A stretch of DNA of 64,000 nucleotides from Thermoplasmata archaeon (GTDB lineage: Archaea > Thermoplasmatota > Thermoplasmata > Thermoplasmatales > GCA-001856825), in contig JAJYUZ010000003.1 in NCBI GenBank assembly GCA_021792255.1, positions 9,405 to 73,404 of the forward strand, in the 5' to 3' direction. This document shows positions 18,559 through 27,777 of the stretch, in pieces (within the stretch, counting starts at the first letter, position 1; the number at the start of each line of letters is the position of its first letter). The position numbers and the translations under genes are program-made. The notes below the pieces were generated by a model that was given only the letters and a program-made list of their open reading frames with translations, searched no databases and had not been told where the DNA came from.

Positions 18559-19455
18559 TCAGACGTAATCGGTAATGGACTTGATCTCTCCAGTAAAACC
18601 ATCCATGACCAGAGCTGATGAAGAATAGATTGGATAGAGGCAGGTATTTATGAACGTCACCTTGATCGTGTCTTCCAGTGGTTTCACCCTGCTTCTGGAA
18701 TATATTATGAATCCATCCGTTTCGCTCTTCTCTACGACCTCGGTCTCCAAGCTGTCACTGACCCACCTCTTGGCGCGTTCGATAGAGGAGAGCGGTTCCC
18801 ATTTGAGCTCCAGTTCCCTGTGTGTCGTGGGCCACGAGTCTAGAAGTTCGTACCCATTTATTGATCTAGATACCTTTCCGGTGACCGCATTGACCATTGC
18901 GGTACCCTCTTTCTTAGAGAGGGATTCATCCTCCATGACCTTCATCGTGAAAGAAAAGAAATGGAACGGAATGAATATGAGATCTGACCGGAGCCCAATC
19001 GAGTTGGTGACCACTTCACCGCTCACGACGGGTCTAATGTATTTTGGATTGTTTCCCTCCTCCAGATAGACGAGGATAAAATCCTCGTTCTCATTGGATT
19101 GTTGAACCACGGGTTTCCTCCGAACTTTCTTTGAAAGTTGCATATCTATGAGAGCTTTCCCTAGAAGCTTTGCAGTTTCGTCTCTTGTGACTGGAATGAT
19201 TTTGTGTCCCTTGCAGTAAGAAAGTACGTCTTTGTTGGCTCCATCAGAAAGCAGGAACAGAAACCTTTCTCCCGGAAACGAGACGGTGGAAGAGTGGAAC
19301 TCCCTGACCTTCTCCAGATCTTCATTCTCTAGGAGCATTATCACCTCTCCAGACCCATCTCCATGGTCGACCCATATATATTCCTCCGGATACCCGGGGT
19401 AAGTTCTGTACCCCATATCCTTTACCATTTCGTCTATGAGTATCCGAATGTCCAT
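18559..19455 (-). CDS. hypothetical protein with an Mrr_cat/restriction-endonuclease-like N-domain and two PepSY-like C-terminal repeats
   Basis: N-terminus MVKDMGYRTY...WVDHGDGSGEVIMLLEN...ERFLFLLSDGANKDVLSYCKGHKIIPV follows the order of an Mrr_cat-like fold. The C-terminal segments AMVNAVTGKV and LVMDGFTGEI are PepSY-like. All assigned by eye. Confidence 0.45.
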   Translation of the reverse strand: MDIRILIDEMVKDMGYRTYPGYPEEYIWVDHGDGSGEVIMLLENEDLEKVREFHSSTVSFPGERFLFLLSDGANKDVLSYCKGHKIIPVTRDETAKLLGKALIDMQLSKKVRRKPVVQQSNENEDFILVYLEEGNNPKYIRPVVSGEVVTNSIGLRSDLIFIPFHFFSFTMKVMEDESLSKKEGTAMVNAVTGKVSRSINGYELLDSWPTTHRELELKWEPLSSIERAKRWVSDSLETEVVEKSETDGFIIYSRSRVKPLEDTIKVTFINTCLYPIYSSSALVMDGFTGEIKSITDYV

Positions 19456-19610
19456 CTATCATTGGTATAATCTGGGAGATAAAATGATTATCGCTCTGGG
19501 TCTTCACCGGAACAAGAAATTTCAGTACCTGTGGTTGACGGAAAATTCGTCAGGACACTGAATTATTCAGGATTTTCAGCATCTTTTCTTTCCGGAAAAT
19601 TCAGCATCCT

Positions 19611-19618
19611 TTTATATC
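19611..19618 (+). promoter_or_regulatory. candidate TATA box of the 2-oxoacid oxidoreductase operon
   Basis: TTTATATC lies about 30 nt upstream of ATG 19647. Confidence 0.35.
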
Positions 19619-19646
19619 ATCCCGCATTATTGGAATAGTGTGATAC

Positions 19647-20192
19647 ATGTATGAAATAAGGTTCCACGGTAGGGGTGGACAAGGTGCGGTCACTGCATCA
19701 AAAATACTTGCGACGGCAGCCTTTATGGAAAGCAAGTGGGTGACATCCTTTCCCTTCTTTGGCTCGGAGAGGAGAGGTGCGCCAGTAACTGCCTTCACCA
19801 GAGTCGACGATAGGAGGATCGAGCTCAGGAGCCAGATATACGAACCAGACGCAGTGATCGTCCTAGACAAGTCACTTATGAGCATTGTAAATGTAACGGA
19901 CGGACTGAAGAACGATGGCGTAATAGTAGTCAATGGAATTGATGGGAACATGAAGGAGGCGGGAAGATACAAAGTTGGTTATGTAGATGCTACTAGCATC
20001 GCACTCAGGAATGGACTTGGTGATCCATCCCATCCTGTCGTGAACACCGCTATCCTTGGGGCCTTTGCGAAAATAAGCAATCTAGTCTCTCTTCAGTCAA
20101 TCAAGAATGCCACTACCGAATTGGTACCCTCAAGGAAAAAGGAAAACGTCAATGCGATACAGGAAGCATACGAAGAGACGGAGATGAACTAG
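19647..20192 (+). CDS. 2-oxoacid:ferredoxin oxidoreductase, gamma subunit (POR/VOR type)
   Basis: The MYEIRFHGRGGQGAVTASKILA signature. First gene in the gamma-delta-alpha-beta order. Confidence 0.85.
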   Translation: MYEIRFHGRGGQGAVTASKILATAAFMESKWVTSFPFFGSERRGAPVTAFTRVDDRRIELRSQIYEPDAVIVLDKSLMSIVNVTDGLKNDGVIVVNGIDGNMKEAGRYKVGYVDATSIALRNGLGDPSHPVVNTAILGAFAKISNLVSLQSIKNATTELVPSRKKENVNAIQEAYEETEMN

Positions 20193-20194
20193 AA

Positions 20195-20485
20195 ATGGCC
20201 CTGCTCCCACTCATGTATGTTTCTTCGGAAACCAAGGTGATGTCATCCTGGAGAACGACTAAGCCAGTTATAGATTATTCTAAGTGCACCCGTTGTGAGA
20301 TATGCTGGAAATTTTGCCCTGACATGGCGATAAATCTTGTCACGGATCCAAAACTGAAAACACCGAACGACAGGTTCAATGCTCTGGAGGCGCCTTCCAT
20401 AGATTACGACCACTGCAAGGGATGTGGAATCTGCCAGGCCGAGTGCCCTTTCGGAGCAATAGAAATGGTGAGGGAGGAAATCTGA
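20195..20485 (+). CDS. 2-oxoacid:ferredoxin oxidoreductase, delta subunit (2x[4Fe-4S] ferredoxin)
   Basis: Two cluster motifs: CTRCEICWKFCP and CKGCGICQAECP. Confidence 0.85.
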   Translation: MALLPLMYVSSETKVMSSWRTTKPVIDYSKCTRCEICWKFCPDMAINLVTDPKLKTPNDRFNALEAPSIDYDHCKGCGICQAECPFGAIEMVREEI

Positions 20486-20486
20486 G

Positions 20487-21662
20487 ATGAAGAGTGTCCA
20501 ATCGTCCCGAAGAATCATGACAGGAAACGAAGCAGTAGCGACGGGAGTCAAACTGTCCAGAGTGAAGGTCATAGCTGCTTATCCCATCACTCCCCAAACC
20601 ACCATCGCCGAGAAGATAGCAGAAATGGTCGCGAACGGAGAACTCGATTCGAAATTCATCGAAGTGGAGAGCGAACACAGTGCGATGTCGATGATAACCG
20701 CGAGCGAGATCACTGGAGTGCGATCCTACACAGCTTCGTCGTCCCACGGAATTCTGTACATGCACGAAGCGCTTCACTGGGCCGCTGGGATGCGGTTGCC
20801 TCTGGTAATGTCCGTTGTGAACAGAGCGCTTGGACCTCCTTGGAACATCTGGGGAGAACAGACAGATACGTTCAACCAAAGGGACACGGGATGGCTCCAG
20901 ATGTATTGCGAATCCAACCAAGAAGCACTGGACAGCATAATGCTTGGCTACAAGATAGGAGAAAACAAGAAGGTACTGCTGCCCGTAATGAACATGCTTG
21001 ACGCATTTACCCTCTCCCATACGTCGGAACCGGTAGAGGTCAGAGATCTAAAGACTGCAGCCGATTATCTCGGAGATCTTGACCTTGACTTCAAGATCGA
21101 TTTCAAGAACCCGATAGGATATGGTTCACTAATCTCCCCTGATGGACCCTACATGGAAATGAAGAAGGATATGAGGGACAGCATGTACAATGCTGTGGGC
21201 ATAATCAAAAACGAAATATCAAACTTTAACGACCAATTTGACGCGGAGCTCCCAGGTCTCACTGAGAACTTCATGATGGAAGATGCAGACTATGCCCTAA
21301 TTACCGCTGGAGCTATTTCCTCAACCGCGAAATATACAGTGAGAAAATTGAGAAAGAGGGGACAGAAAGTGGGTCTCATTCGTCTCTATTTCTATAGACC
21401 CTTCCCTGGAGAAGAGATACTCAAAGCGGTCAAGGGATTGAAGGGACTGGGGGTCGTAGAAAGAAATCTTTCCTACGGACAGAGAGGACCTACGTTCGAA
21501 GACGTCGTTTCGTCCCTCTATGGCCGTGTTGACGTCCCGGTCAGGAACTACGTGGTCGGACTCGGAGGAAGGGACATAAGAGTCACTGACTACGAGCTAA
21601 TGTTTGAAAATTTGATCGAAGGAAACAATGATATGGAATGGGTTAACGTCGGGGTGAAATAG
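20487..21662 (+). CDS. 2-oxoacid:ferredoxin oxidoreductase, alpha subunit
   Basis: MTGNEAVATG...IAAYPITPQT is the N-terminal signature of the alpha subunit. 391 aa. Confidence 0.85.
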   Translation: MKSVQSSRRIMTGNEAVATGVKLSRVKVIAAYPITPQTTIAEKIAEMVANGELDSKFIEVESEHSAMSMITASEITGVRSYTASSSHGILYMHEALHWAAGMRLPLVMSVVNRALGPPWNIWGEQTDTFNQRDTGWLQMYCESNQEALDSIMLGYKIGENKKVLLPVMNMLDAFTLSHTSEPVEVRDLKTAADYLGDLDLDFKIDFKNPIGYGSLISPDGPYMEMKKDMRDSMYNAVGIIKNEISNFNDQFDAELPGLTENFMMEDADYALITAGAISSTAKYTVRKLRKRGQKVGLIRLYFYRPFPGEEILKAVKGLKGLGVVERNLSYGQRGPTFEDVVSSLYGRVDVPVRNYVVGLGGRDIRVTDYELMFENLIEGNNDMEWVNVGVK

Positions 21663-22544
21663 TTGCCTCTCACTATCCCGAAGGAGGAGTACGTCAATCA
21701 GGGACACACCGCCTGCGCGGGATGCGGGGCTGCCCTAGCTATGAGGTACGTTCTGAAGGGAATGGGACCTAAAACGGCGGTCGCGATACCCGCATCCTGC
21801 TGGGCTATAATTCCGGGAGAATATCCCTACACTGCGCTGAAAGTCCCGCTTCTCTATACAACCTTTGCTTCTACGGGGGCCGCCATATCTGGGCTGAGAG
21901 AAGGACTCAATGCGCAGGGCAAGGAGGATTACAACGTACTCGCTTTTGCTGGAGATGGCGGCACTGCGGATATCGGTCTTCAGGCTCTTAGCGCGGCTAT
22001 GGAGCGTGGACACGACGTACTGTTTGTCATGTACGATAACGAAGCATACATGAATACCGGAATACAGAGAAGCAGCAGCACGCCATATGGAGCATGGACC
22101 ACTACCACACCCGTAGGACTGAAGAGGAATTTCAAGAAGGAGAAGAAGAAGTACGTTTCCGATCTGATGATCGCCCAGAACGTTCCTTATGTAGCAACCG
22201 CATCGATAGGTTATCCGGAGGATCTGGAGAGAAAGGTGGCCATCGCTAAGTCGATCAAGGGCCCTAAATTCATACAGATTCTATCCCCTTGTCCACCCGG
22301 ATGGTATTACAATACCGCGGACACTATCAAGGTCTCCAGACTTGCAGTCGAGTCCAAGGTCTTCCCACTATACGAATTCAAGAGTGGCAAATTCACTCTC
22401 TTTAAACCGAGCAAAACGACATCCATCGCCGATTACCTTAGTTTGCAGGGAAGATTCAAACACCTCAATGATGAAGAAATAAAGTCGATTGAGGAAGCAG
22501 TGGAAGAGAGGTGGAAACTTCTGCTGAAAAAGGAGCAAAATTGA
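21663..22544 (+). CDS. 2-oxoacid:ferredoxin oxidoreductase, beta subunit (TPP-binding)
   Basis: CAGCG..., the TPP motif GDGGTADIG and YDNEAYMNTG. TTG start directly after the alpha-subunit stop. Confidence 0.85.
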   Translation: MPLTIPKEEYVNQGHTACAGCGAALAMRYVLKGMGPKTAVAIPASCWAIIPGEYPYTALKVPLLYTTFASTGAAISGLREGLNAQGKEDYNVLAFAGDGGTADIGLQALSAAMERGHDVLFVMYDNEAYMNTGIQRSSSTPYGAWTTTTPVGLKRNFKKEKKKYVSDLMIAQNVPYVATASIGYPEDLERKVAIAKSIKGPKFIQILSPCPPGWYYNTADTIKVSRLAVESKVFPLYEFKSGKFTLFKPSKTTSIADYLSLQGRFKHLNDEEIKSIEEAVEERWKLLLKKEQN

Positions 22545-22545
22545 A

Positions 22546-24372
22546 TTGCAGTACGACACTCTTCTTGGTCCTGAAGGGCAGACCGAATTTCTTCTCGGGA
22601 ATGAAGCGGTCGCCAGAGGGATCTACGAAGCAGGTGTGTCGGTAGCTGCCACCTATCCTGGTACCCCCAGTTCAGAGATCGGTGACGTTCTTTATAGAAT
22701 TTCGGACAGAATGGGGATCAAGTTTGAATTTGCCACGAACGAGAAGGTCGCACTCGAAATAGCAGCTGCTGCCTCTGCAGGCGGACTCAGGTCTTTCGTC
22801 TTCATGAAGCACGTGGGATTGAATGTCGCGATGGACTCTTTCGTTTCGCTTTCTGGAGCTGGAGTCAAGGGAGGAATGGTAGTTCTATCGGCCGACGATC
22901 CTTCAATGCACTCATCCCAGAATGAACAGGACAACAGATTTCTCGGGAAATTTGCTAAGACCATCGTCATAGAACCTTCCAGCCCCCAGGAGCTCAAGGA
23001 TTTCATCGTAATGGCATTCGATCTTTCGGAAGAAGTTGGGCATCCTGTTCTCCTCAGGAGCGCTACCAGGATTTCGCACGTCAGGGCACCAGTAAGATTC
23101 GGTGCCGCGAAGGACAAGAAGGGATGGAAGTACCAGAAAGACCCGTCCTTTCTCCTTCTTCCTGAGAACGCATACAAGGCTCAGATTTCTATTAATGAGA
23201 GATTGAAGAGAGTAACAAATTCGCGGTACTCGGAAAATTTCAATCGAGTCTACGGCGATTCTTCGACACTGATAATCACATCGGGAGCTGCGTATAACTA
23301 CGTAGATGAAGCCCTCCAGATGCTGAACGTAAAGGCAAGGGTAATGAAGATCGGTTTGAGCTTTCCGCTGGACCTGGATGTAGTTTCGAAAGAGATTGGG
23401 AAAGCCGAGAGGGTCGTATTCATCGAAGAGGGTGGTCCGTTCCTTGAGGAGCAGGTCCTCTCTTTCAGCGCACTTCACTCGATCAACAGGGAGTTTCATG
23501 GGAAGTTGAGTGGAAGCGTACCAGCATCGTACGAGATGAACGTAGACAGGCTGGTCGGTTTTCTTTCAAAAATATTTGGAATCGATTTTCCGGTAAAGGA
23601 CAAGACTCTGGGACTTCCGGAACGAGCAATCACACTGTGCCCTGGCTGTCCTCATCGAGCGACTTACTACGTTGTAAAGATGGCAATGAAGCAGAAGGGA
23701 ATAAAGAACGCCATCGTTCCCACAGACATTGGGTGCTATACTCTGGGGTACTACGAGCCCTATCAACTGGGTGACTTCGTATTCTCGATGGGTTCTTCTA
23801 TAGGATCTTCAAACGGGTTCACCGCGAACGCTGGAGAACGAGTCATCAGTTTCATAGGAGACAGTACATTCTTCCATTCAGGTATTCCTGCGCTCATCAA
23901 TGCATACCACAACAATCACAATTTTGTAGTCGTCATTCTTGACAACTTCATAACTGCGATGACCGGGGGTCAGCCAACTCCGGAAACGAGCCCTCCATTC
24001 AGGAGAGTGGACATTGAGAGTGTCGTCAGGGGAATTGGCATAAAGAATGTTTTCACCATTGACCCGTACGATCTGAATAATTCTCTCAGCATTTTTAAGA
24101 AAGCGCTCGATTCTAAAGAGCTCGCGGTCGTGATAAGCAAGAGGGAGTGCGCGCTTGAGGTCGATAGGAAGAGATCTCCATCGGAGATCAAAGTATTCCA
24201 GGTCAACCAAGATAAATGCAGTCTCTGCTATAACTGCGTCAGCAATTTTTCTTGTGCAGCGTTCTATATTGATAACGGCAAGGTGGAAATCGATCCAGAA
24301 CTGTGTGACGGCTGCTCTGTGTGTTCAGAGCCTTTAGTGTGTCCATTCAATGCAATAGAGGTGAAACCATAA
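22546..24372 (+). CDS. iorA: indolepyruvate:ferredoxin oxidoreductase, alpha subunit
   Basis: LLGNEAVARG...ATYPGTPSS, the TPP region GDSTFFHSG, and a C-terminal double Cys-cluster (CSLCYNCVSNFSC, CDGCSVCSEPLVC). 608 aa. Confidence 0.85.
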   Translation: MQYDTLLGPEGQTEFLLGNEAVARGIYEAGVSVAATYPGTPSSEIGDVLYRISDRMGIKFEFATNEKVALEIAAAASAGGLRSFVFMKHVGLNVAMDSFVSLSGAGVKGGMVVLSADDPSMHSSQNEQDNRFLGKFAKTIVIEPSSPQELKDFIVMAFDLSEEVGHPVLLRSATRISHVRAPVRFGAAKDKKGWKYQKDPSFLLLPENAYKAQISINERLKRVTNSRYSENFNRVYGDSSTLIITSGAAYNYVDEALQMLNVKARVMKIGLSFPLDLDVVSKEIGKAERVVFIEEGGPFLEEQVLSFSALHSINREFHGKLSGSVPASYEMNVDRLVGFLSKIFGIDFPVKDKTLGLPERAITLCPGCPHRATYYVVKMAMKQKGIKNAIVPTDIGCYTLGYYEPYQLGDFVFSMGSSIGSSNGFTANAGERVISFIGDSTFFHSGIPALINAYHNNHNFVVVILDNFITAMTGGQPTPETSPPFRRVDIESVVRGIGIKNVFTIDPYDLNNSLSIFKKALDSKELAVVISKRECALEVDRKRSPSEIKVFQVNQDKCSLCYNCVSNFSCAAFYIDNGKVEIDPELCDGCSVCSEPLVCPFNAIEVKP

Positions 24373-24965
24373 TGGTCTCAATCGTTTTTGCAGGTGTGGG
24401 CGGACAGGGTCTGATCACTGCGGCAAACATGGTCGGAAAGGCTGCAGTTACCGAGGGAAAAAATGTACTGATGACAGAACTCCACGGTATGGCGCAGAGA
24501 GGAGGGAGCATTCTGGTCGAGGTAAGAATAGGTGATTACAAGAGTGCAATAATTCCCCTCGGGATGGCTGACGTAATTGTTGGTTTTGAAAAACTCGAGA
24601 CTGCGAGGAATCTTCCAAAGCTCAAGAAGGGAGGGACGATTCTGCTCAACGAACGCAGGATACATCCTATTTCCTTAACGATCAAGAAAGAAAGTTATCC
24701 GGACCTTGCAATTGAAGAGAGACTGAAAGATCATAACCCCATCAAGGTCGAAGCTGACCAAATAGCTCTGGATCTTGATAACAAGAGAGTCGTAAACACG
24801 GTGATGACCGGAGCGCTCTTTTCCACAGGTCTCCTTGAAATCAGCGAAGAGAGCCTGCATGCTGCCATCAAAGGATCTTTTCCTGAGAAGCTCTGGGAAG
24901 CGAACTTCAAGGCATTTGAAGCAGGGAAGAGACTGTCTCAGGTACAAGCAACAAGGGTCTTATGA
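24372..24965 (+). CDS. iorB: indolepyruvate:ferredoxin oxidoreductase, beta subunit
   Basis: MVSIVFAGVGGQGLITAAN is a gamma-domain-like signature. The ATG overlaps the iorA stop (TAATG). Confidence 0.8.
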   Translation: MVSIVFAGVGGQGLITAANMVGKAAVTEGKNVLMTELHGMAQRGGSILVEVRIGDYKSAIIPLGMADVIVGFEKLETARNLPKLKKGGTILLNERRIHPISLTIKKESYPDLAIEERLKDHNPIKVEADQIALDLDNKRVVNTVMTGALFSTGLLEISEESLHAAIKGSFPEKLWEANFKAFEAGKRLSQVQATRVL

Positions 24966-25822
24966 AGATCAACGTAATCGGCGCGGGATCGATGGGAATT
25001 GCTCTTTCTTGTTTCCTCCTGAGGAAGAATGAAGTCGTTCTGACGGTGAAGAAAGGAGAGAAGGGATTCTACGATAGAGGGGTGGTGCTCAGAGAAGGGG
25101 ATAAAGAAGAGAGATTTTTTGTCAAAGTCTCTGAGGGAACGGAAGACGCGGACATCACGATAATTGCAGTCAAGTCCTATGATCTGGCGAAGGTATATGA
25201 GGACTACGATCTGAAGGGAAACGTCGTGCTTATACAGAATGGCCTGACCCACATTGGGATCGAGAAGAAGGGAGTAAACAAGATCTACGCGGTCACAACC
25301 TGGGGCTCGAAGAAGGTAGCGAAGGGAGTCGCGGAACTCACCGGTAGGGGATATTTCAGAGTGGGGAGTAAATCCGTAAGAATTGATCTCTCTTTTCTAA
25401 AGGCGGTTGGAATAAATGCGGAATGGGTAGAGAACATTGAAGAGGAGATATACAGGAAGGCTGCGATCAACGCAGTCATCAATCCCATAACAGCGCTGTT
25501 CGGAGTGAAGAATGGTCTGGTAAGTAGCGAGCCAGAATTATGGAGTATTGCGTCTCAGGCAATTGGAGAATTAGAAGTCTTGTTTTCGAAAATGGGGTAC
25601 CATCTGGAAATTGAGAAGAATGTCATCGAAACCTGCAAGGTCACCGCAGAGAATACTAGCAGCATGCTGCAGGACATTCAGCAGGGTAGAAGGTCAGAAA
25701 TTGATTCCATAACTGGAGAAATAATATCATTGGGAAAGAAGCAGGGAGTGGAAATGGGGGTCAACAAGTTCCTTTACGAATCGGTAAAATTCCTGCAGTC
25801 CCACTATAAGTCCGCGATTTAA
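24962..25822 (+). CDS. panE: 2-dehydropantoate 2-reductase family (PanE/ApbA) oxidoreductase
   Basis: The N-terminal motif VIGAGSMG and SSMLQDIQQGRRSEIDSITGEI, the PanE substrate motif. ATGA overlap with iorB. Confidence 0.75.
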   Translation: MKINVIGAGSMGIALSCFLLRKNEVVLTVKKGEKGFYDRGVVLREGDKEERFFVKVSEGTEDADITIIAVKSYDLAKVYEDYDLKGNVVLIQNGLTHIGIEKKGVNKIYAVTTWGSKKVAKGVAELTGRGYFRVGSKSVRIDLSFLKAVGINAEWVENIEEEIYRKAAINAVINPITALFGVKNGLVSSEPELWSIASQAIGELEVLFSKMGYHLEIEKNVIETCKVTAENTSSMLQDIQQGRRSEIDSITGEIISLGKKQGVEMGVNKFLYESVKFLQSHYKSAI

Positions 25823-25848
25823 AAGTCGATGGAAGAAGATTTTGCAAT

Positions 25849-27264
25849 CTACCTATTTCCTATGCGTACTGGGTATCTGCCATTCAGGCACCCCAGGCAG
25901 AGACTTTCTTTTCCCAGGCCCGTTGCCCTTATGAGTCCCTCTAACGAAATATACCTGAGGCTATCTGCTCCTACCTTCTCGTTTATTTCCTTGAGACTTC
26001 TGTTGGCAGCGATGAATTGATCCTTTGTCTTCATGTCTATGCCGAGGTAGCATGGAAAACGTACTGGGGGACAAGCTATCCGTAGATGTACCTCCTTCGC
26101 GCCGTACCTCTTCAGCATCTTGACTATCTTTCTCGTCGTGTTCCCCCTGATGATACTGTCGTCTACGAGAACCACTTTCTTCCCTTCAATTAGCTGCTTT
26201 ATCGGGTTCAGTTTAATGTCCAGTTCGCTTTCCCTTCCCGCCTGCTCAGGCATTATGAATGTTCTGTCTACGTACCTGTTCTTGATGAGACCTTCTGAGA
26301 GGGGAATCCCTGATTCTTCAGCATATCCCTGAGCGTGAGTTCTCGCGGAGTCGGGAACTGCGACCACGCAGTCCGCTCCTTTCACCGGACTTTCTCTTGC
26401 GAGTATTCTTCCCAGGTTCATTCTAGTTTCAAAAACGCTTCTTCCATCCACAACGCTGTCTGGTCTTGCAAAGTACACGTACTCGAACATGCAGTGCGCG
26501 GTCCTTGCATCCTCGTTGTACATGAATGAATCCAACTCGTTCTTCTTGATTTCGACGATTTCTCCTGGCCTTACGTCCCTTATGACCTTACCGTTAAGCT
26601 GATCGAACACTACACTTTCTGATGCCCCGCAGTACCCAAATTCAGTGGTGCCGACCACGAGTGGCCTGATCCCATTTGGATCTCGGGCTACAAAAACTCT
26701 CTGATTTATCATAATGTTGAGAGAGTACGCACCTATCAGCTTCTTGAATGTGTTCTTCATGGATAGAATCGGATCCGCATTTTTTGACAACTCTATGGAC
26801 AGGAGTTTCATTATCACCTCAGTATCTGAGTTTGTGGCAAACGAGTAGCCTCTGCTCTCCAGTGACCTCTTTAATTGAAGCGCGTTTACTATCTCGCCGT
26901 TGTGTCCAATTGCAATTTCGTACTTTCCTATGTTGGCATAGAGCGGTTGAGCATTCTCTAGAGTGGACGAGCCCGCTGTACTGTATCGAATGTGTCCAAT
27001 CCCTATTCCAGTATCTTTCTCTAACTTGACTCCAGAAAAAACTTCGTTGACAAGTCCCATCCCTTTATGGTTCTTTAGAACCTTTCCCGTGTTGATAGAA
27101 ATTCCAGAAGATTCCTGCCCGCGATGCTGAATTATTCTGAGCGATTGAATTAACCTATAACCAACGGGAACGCTTTCTGCGAGAGCTACAATCCCGCAGG
27201 ATTCACCTAGACTTCGCCCAGTTGTAACTTCTGATCCTAGTATCCGGATATCCACAGTGGGCAC
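25849..27264 (-). CDS. purF: amidophosphoribosyltransferase
   Basis: Ntn nucleophile CGIVAL after a propeptide of about 22 aa. PRTase loop VVLVDDSIIRGNT. C-terminal Cys ligands. Confidence 0.9.
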   Translation of the reverse strand: MPTVDIRILGSEVTTGRSLGESCGIVALAESVPVGYRLIQSLRIIQHRGQESSGISINTGKVLKNHKGMGLVNEVFSGVKLEKDTGIGIGHIRYSTAGSSTLENAQPLYANIGKYEIAIGHNGEIVNALQLKRSLESRGYSFATNSDTEVIMKLLSIELSKNADPILSMKNTFKKLIGAYSLNIMINQRVFVARDPNGIRPLVVGTTEFGYCGASESVVFDQLNGKVIRDVRPGEIVEIKKNELDSFMYNEDARTAHCMFEYVYFARPDSVVDGRSVFETRMNLGRILARESPVKGADCVVAVPDSARTHAQGYAEESGIPLSEGLIKNRYVDRTFIMPEQAGRESELDIKLNPIKQLIEGKKVVLVDDSIIRGNTTRKIVKMLKRYGAKEVHLRIACPPVRFPCYLGIDMKTKDQFIAANRSLKEINEKVGADSLRYISLEGLIRATGLGKESLCLGCLNGRYPVRIGNR

Positions 27265-27365
27265 ACCTTTTGTGAGTGACGTTATAAGAGTGATGACCGC
27301 ATCTCCTGCACTTTATATGGACTTTTATTCTGTTTCTCCTCCCCATTGAAGGAGTTCCTCTCATT

Positions 27366-27602
27366 CTATATCGCCTCCGAAGGTGAAATGTACACTACTA
27401 CATCTCCTCTCACTACCATTATCGGGAAAGTCCCTTTACTCTTATTCTCAATAACCTCTTCAGCGTTCTTTATGACGAGATTGAGATGTTGATCGTAACC
27501 ATCCAGCAATCCTCTGTATTCCCTGTTCCATTTCACCTTAACCAGTACGTACTGGTTAAGACTGTTCCCTAGAACATTCAGAGGACGCAGCTTGCCTTCC
27601 AT
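27366..27602 (-). CDS. Sm-like (LSm) archaeal protein
   Basis: PLNVLGNSLNQYVLVKVKWNREYRGLLDGYDQHLNLVI...VVRGDVVVYIS matches the Sm1/Sm2 motifs. Confidence 0.85.
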   Translation of the reverse strand: MEGKLRPLNVLGNSLNQYVLVKVKWNREYRGLLDGYDQHLNLVIKNAEEVIENKSKGTFPIMVVRGDVVVYISPSEAI

Positions 27603-27777
27603 GACACCAGATTGTTACCTCATATTTAACGATGTCCAGATGGATTCTCTCAAAGAGAATGATTGTAAACCTGAAAAATGAGCATACTTTGAGCACTGGT
27701 CGTTTCTTTTTCGACTATACCCCTATCGAAATAGATTCGATACAAAAATTAAAATCCCGGACGGTTCTCATCAAGGC

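Noticed and set aside
20376-21020. 214-aa antisense ORF within the oxidoreductase alpha/delta subunit genes
   Set aside because: It lies opposite strongly recognisable conserved genes, and its translation is Arg/His/Ser-rich with no motif. The same applies to 22692..23499 (antisense to iorA) and 23878..24210.
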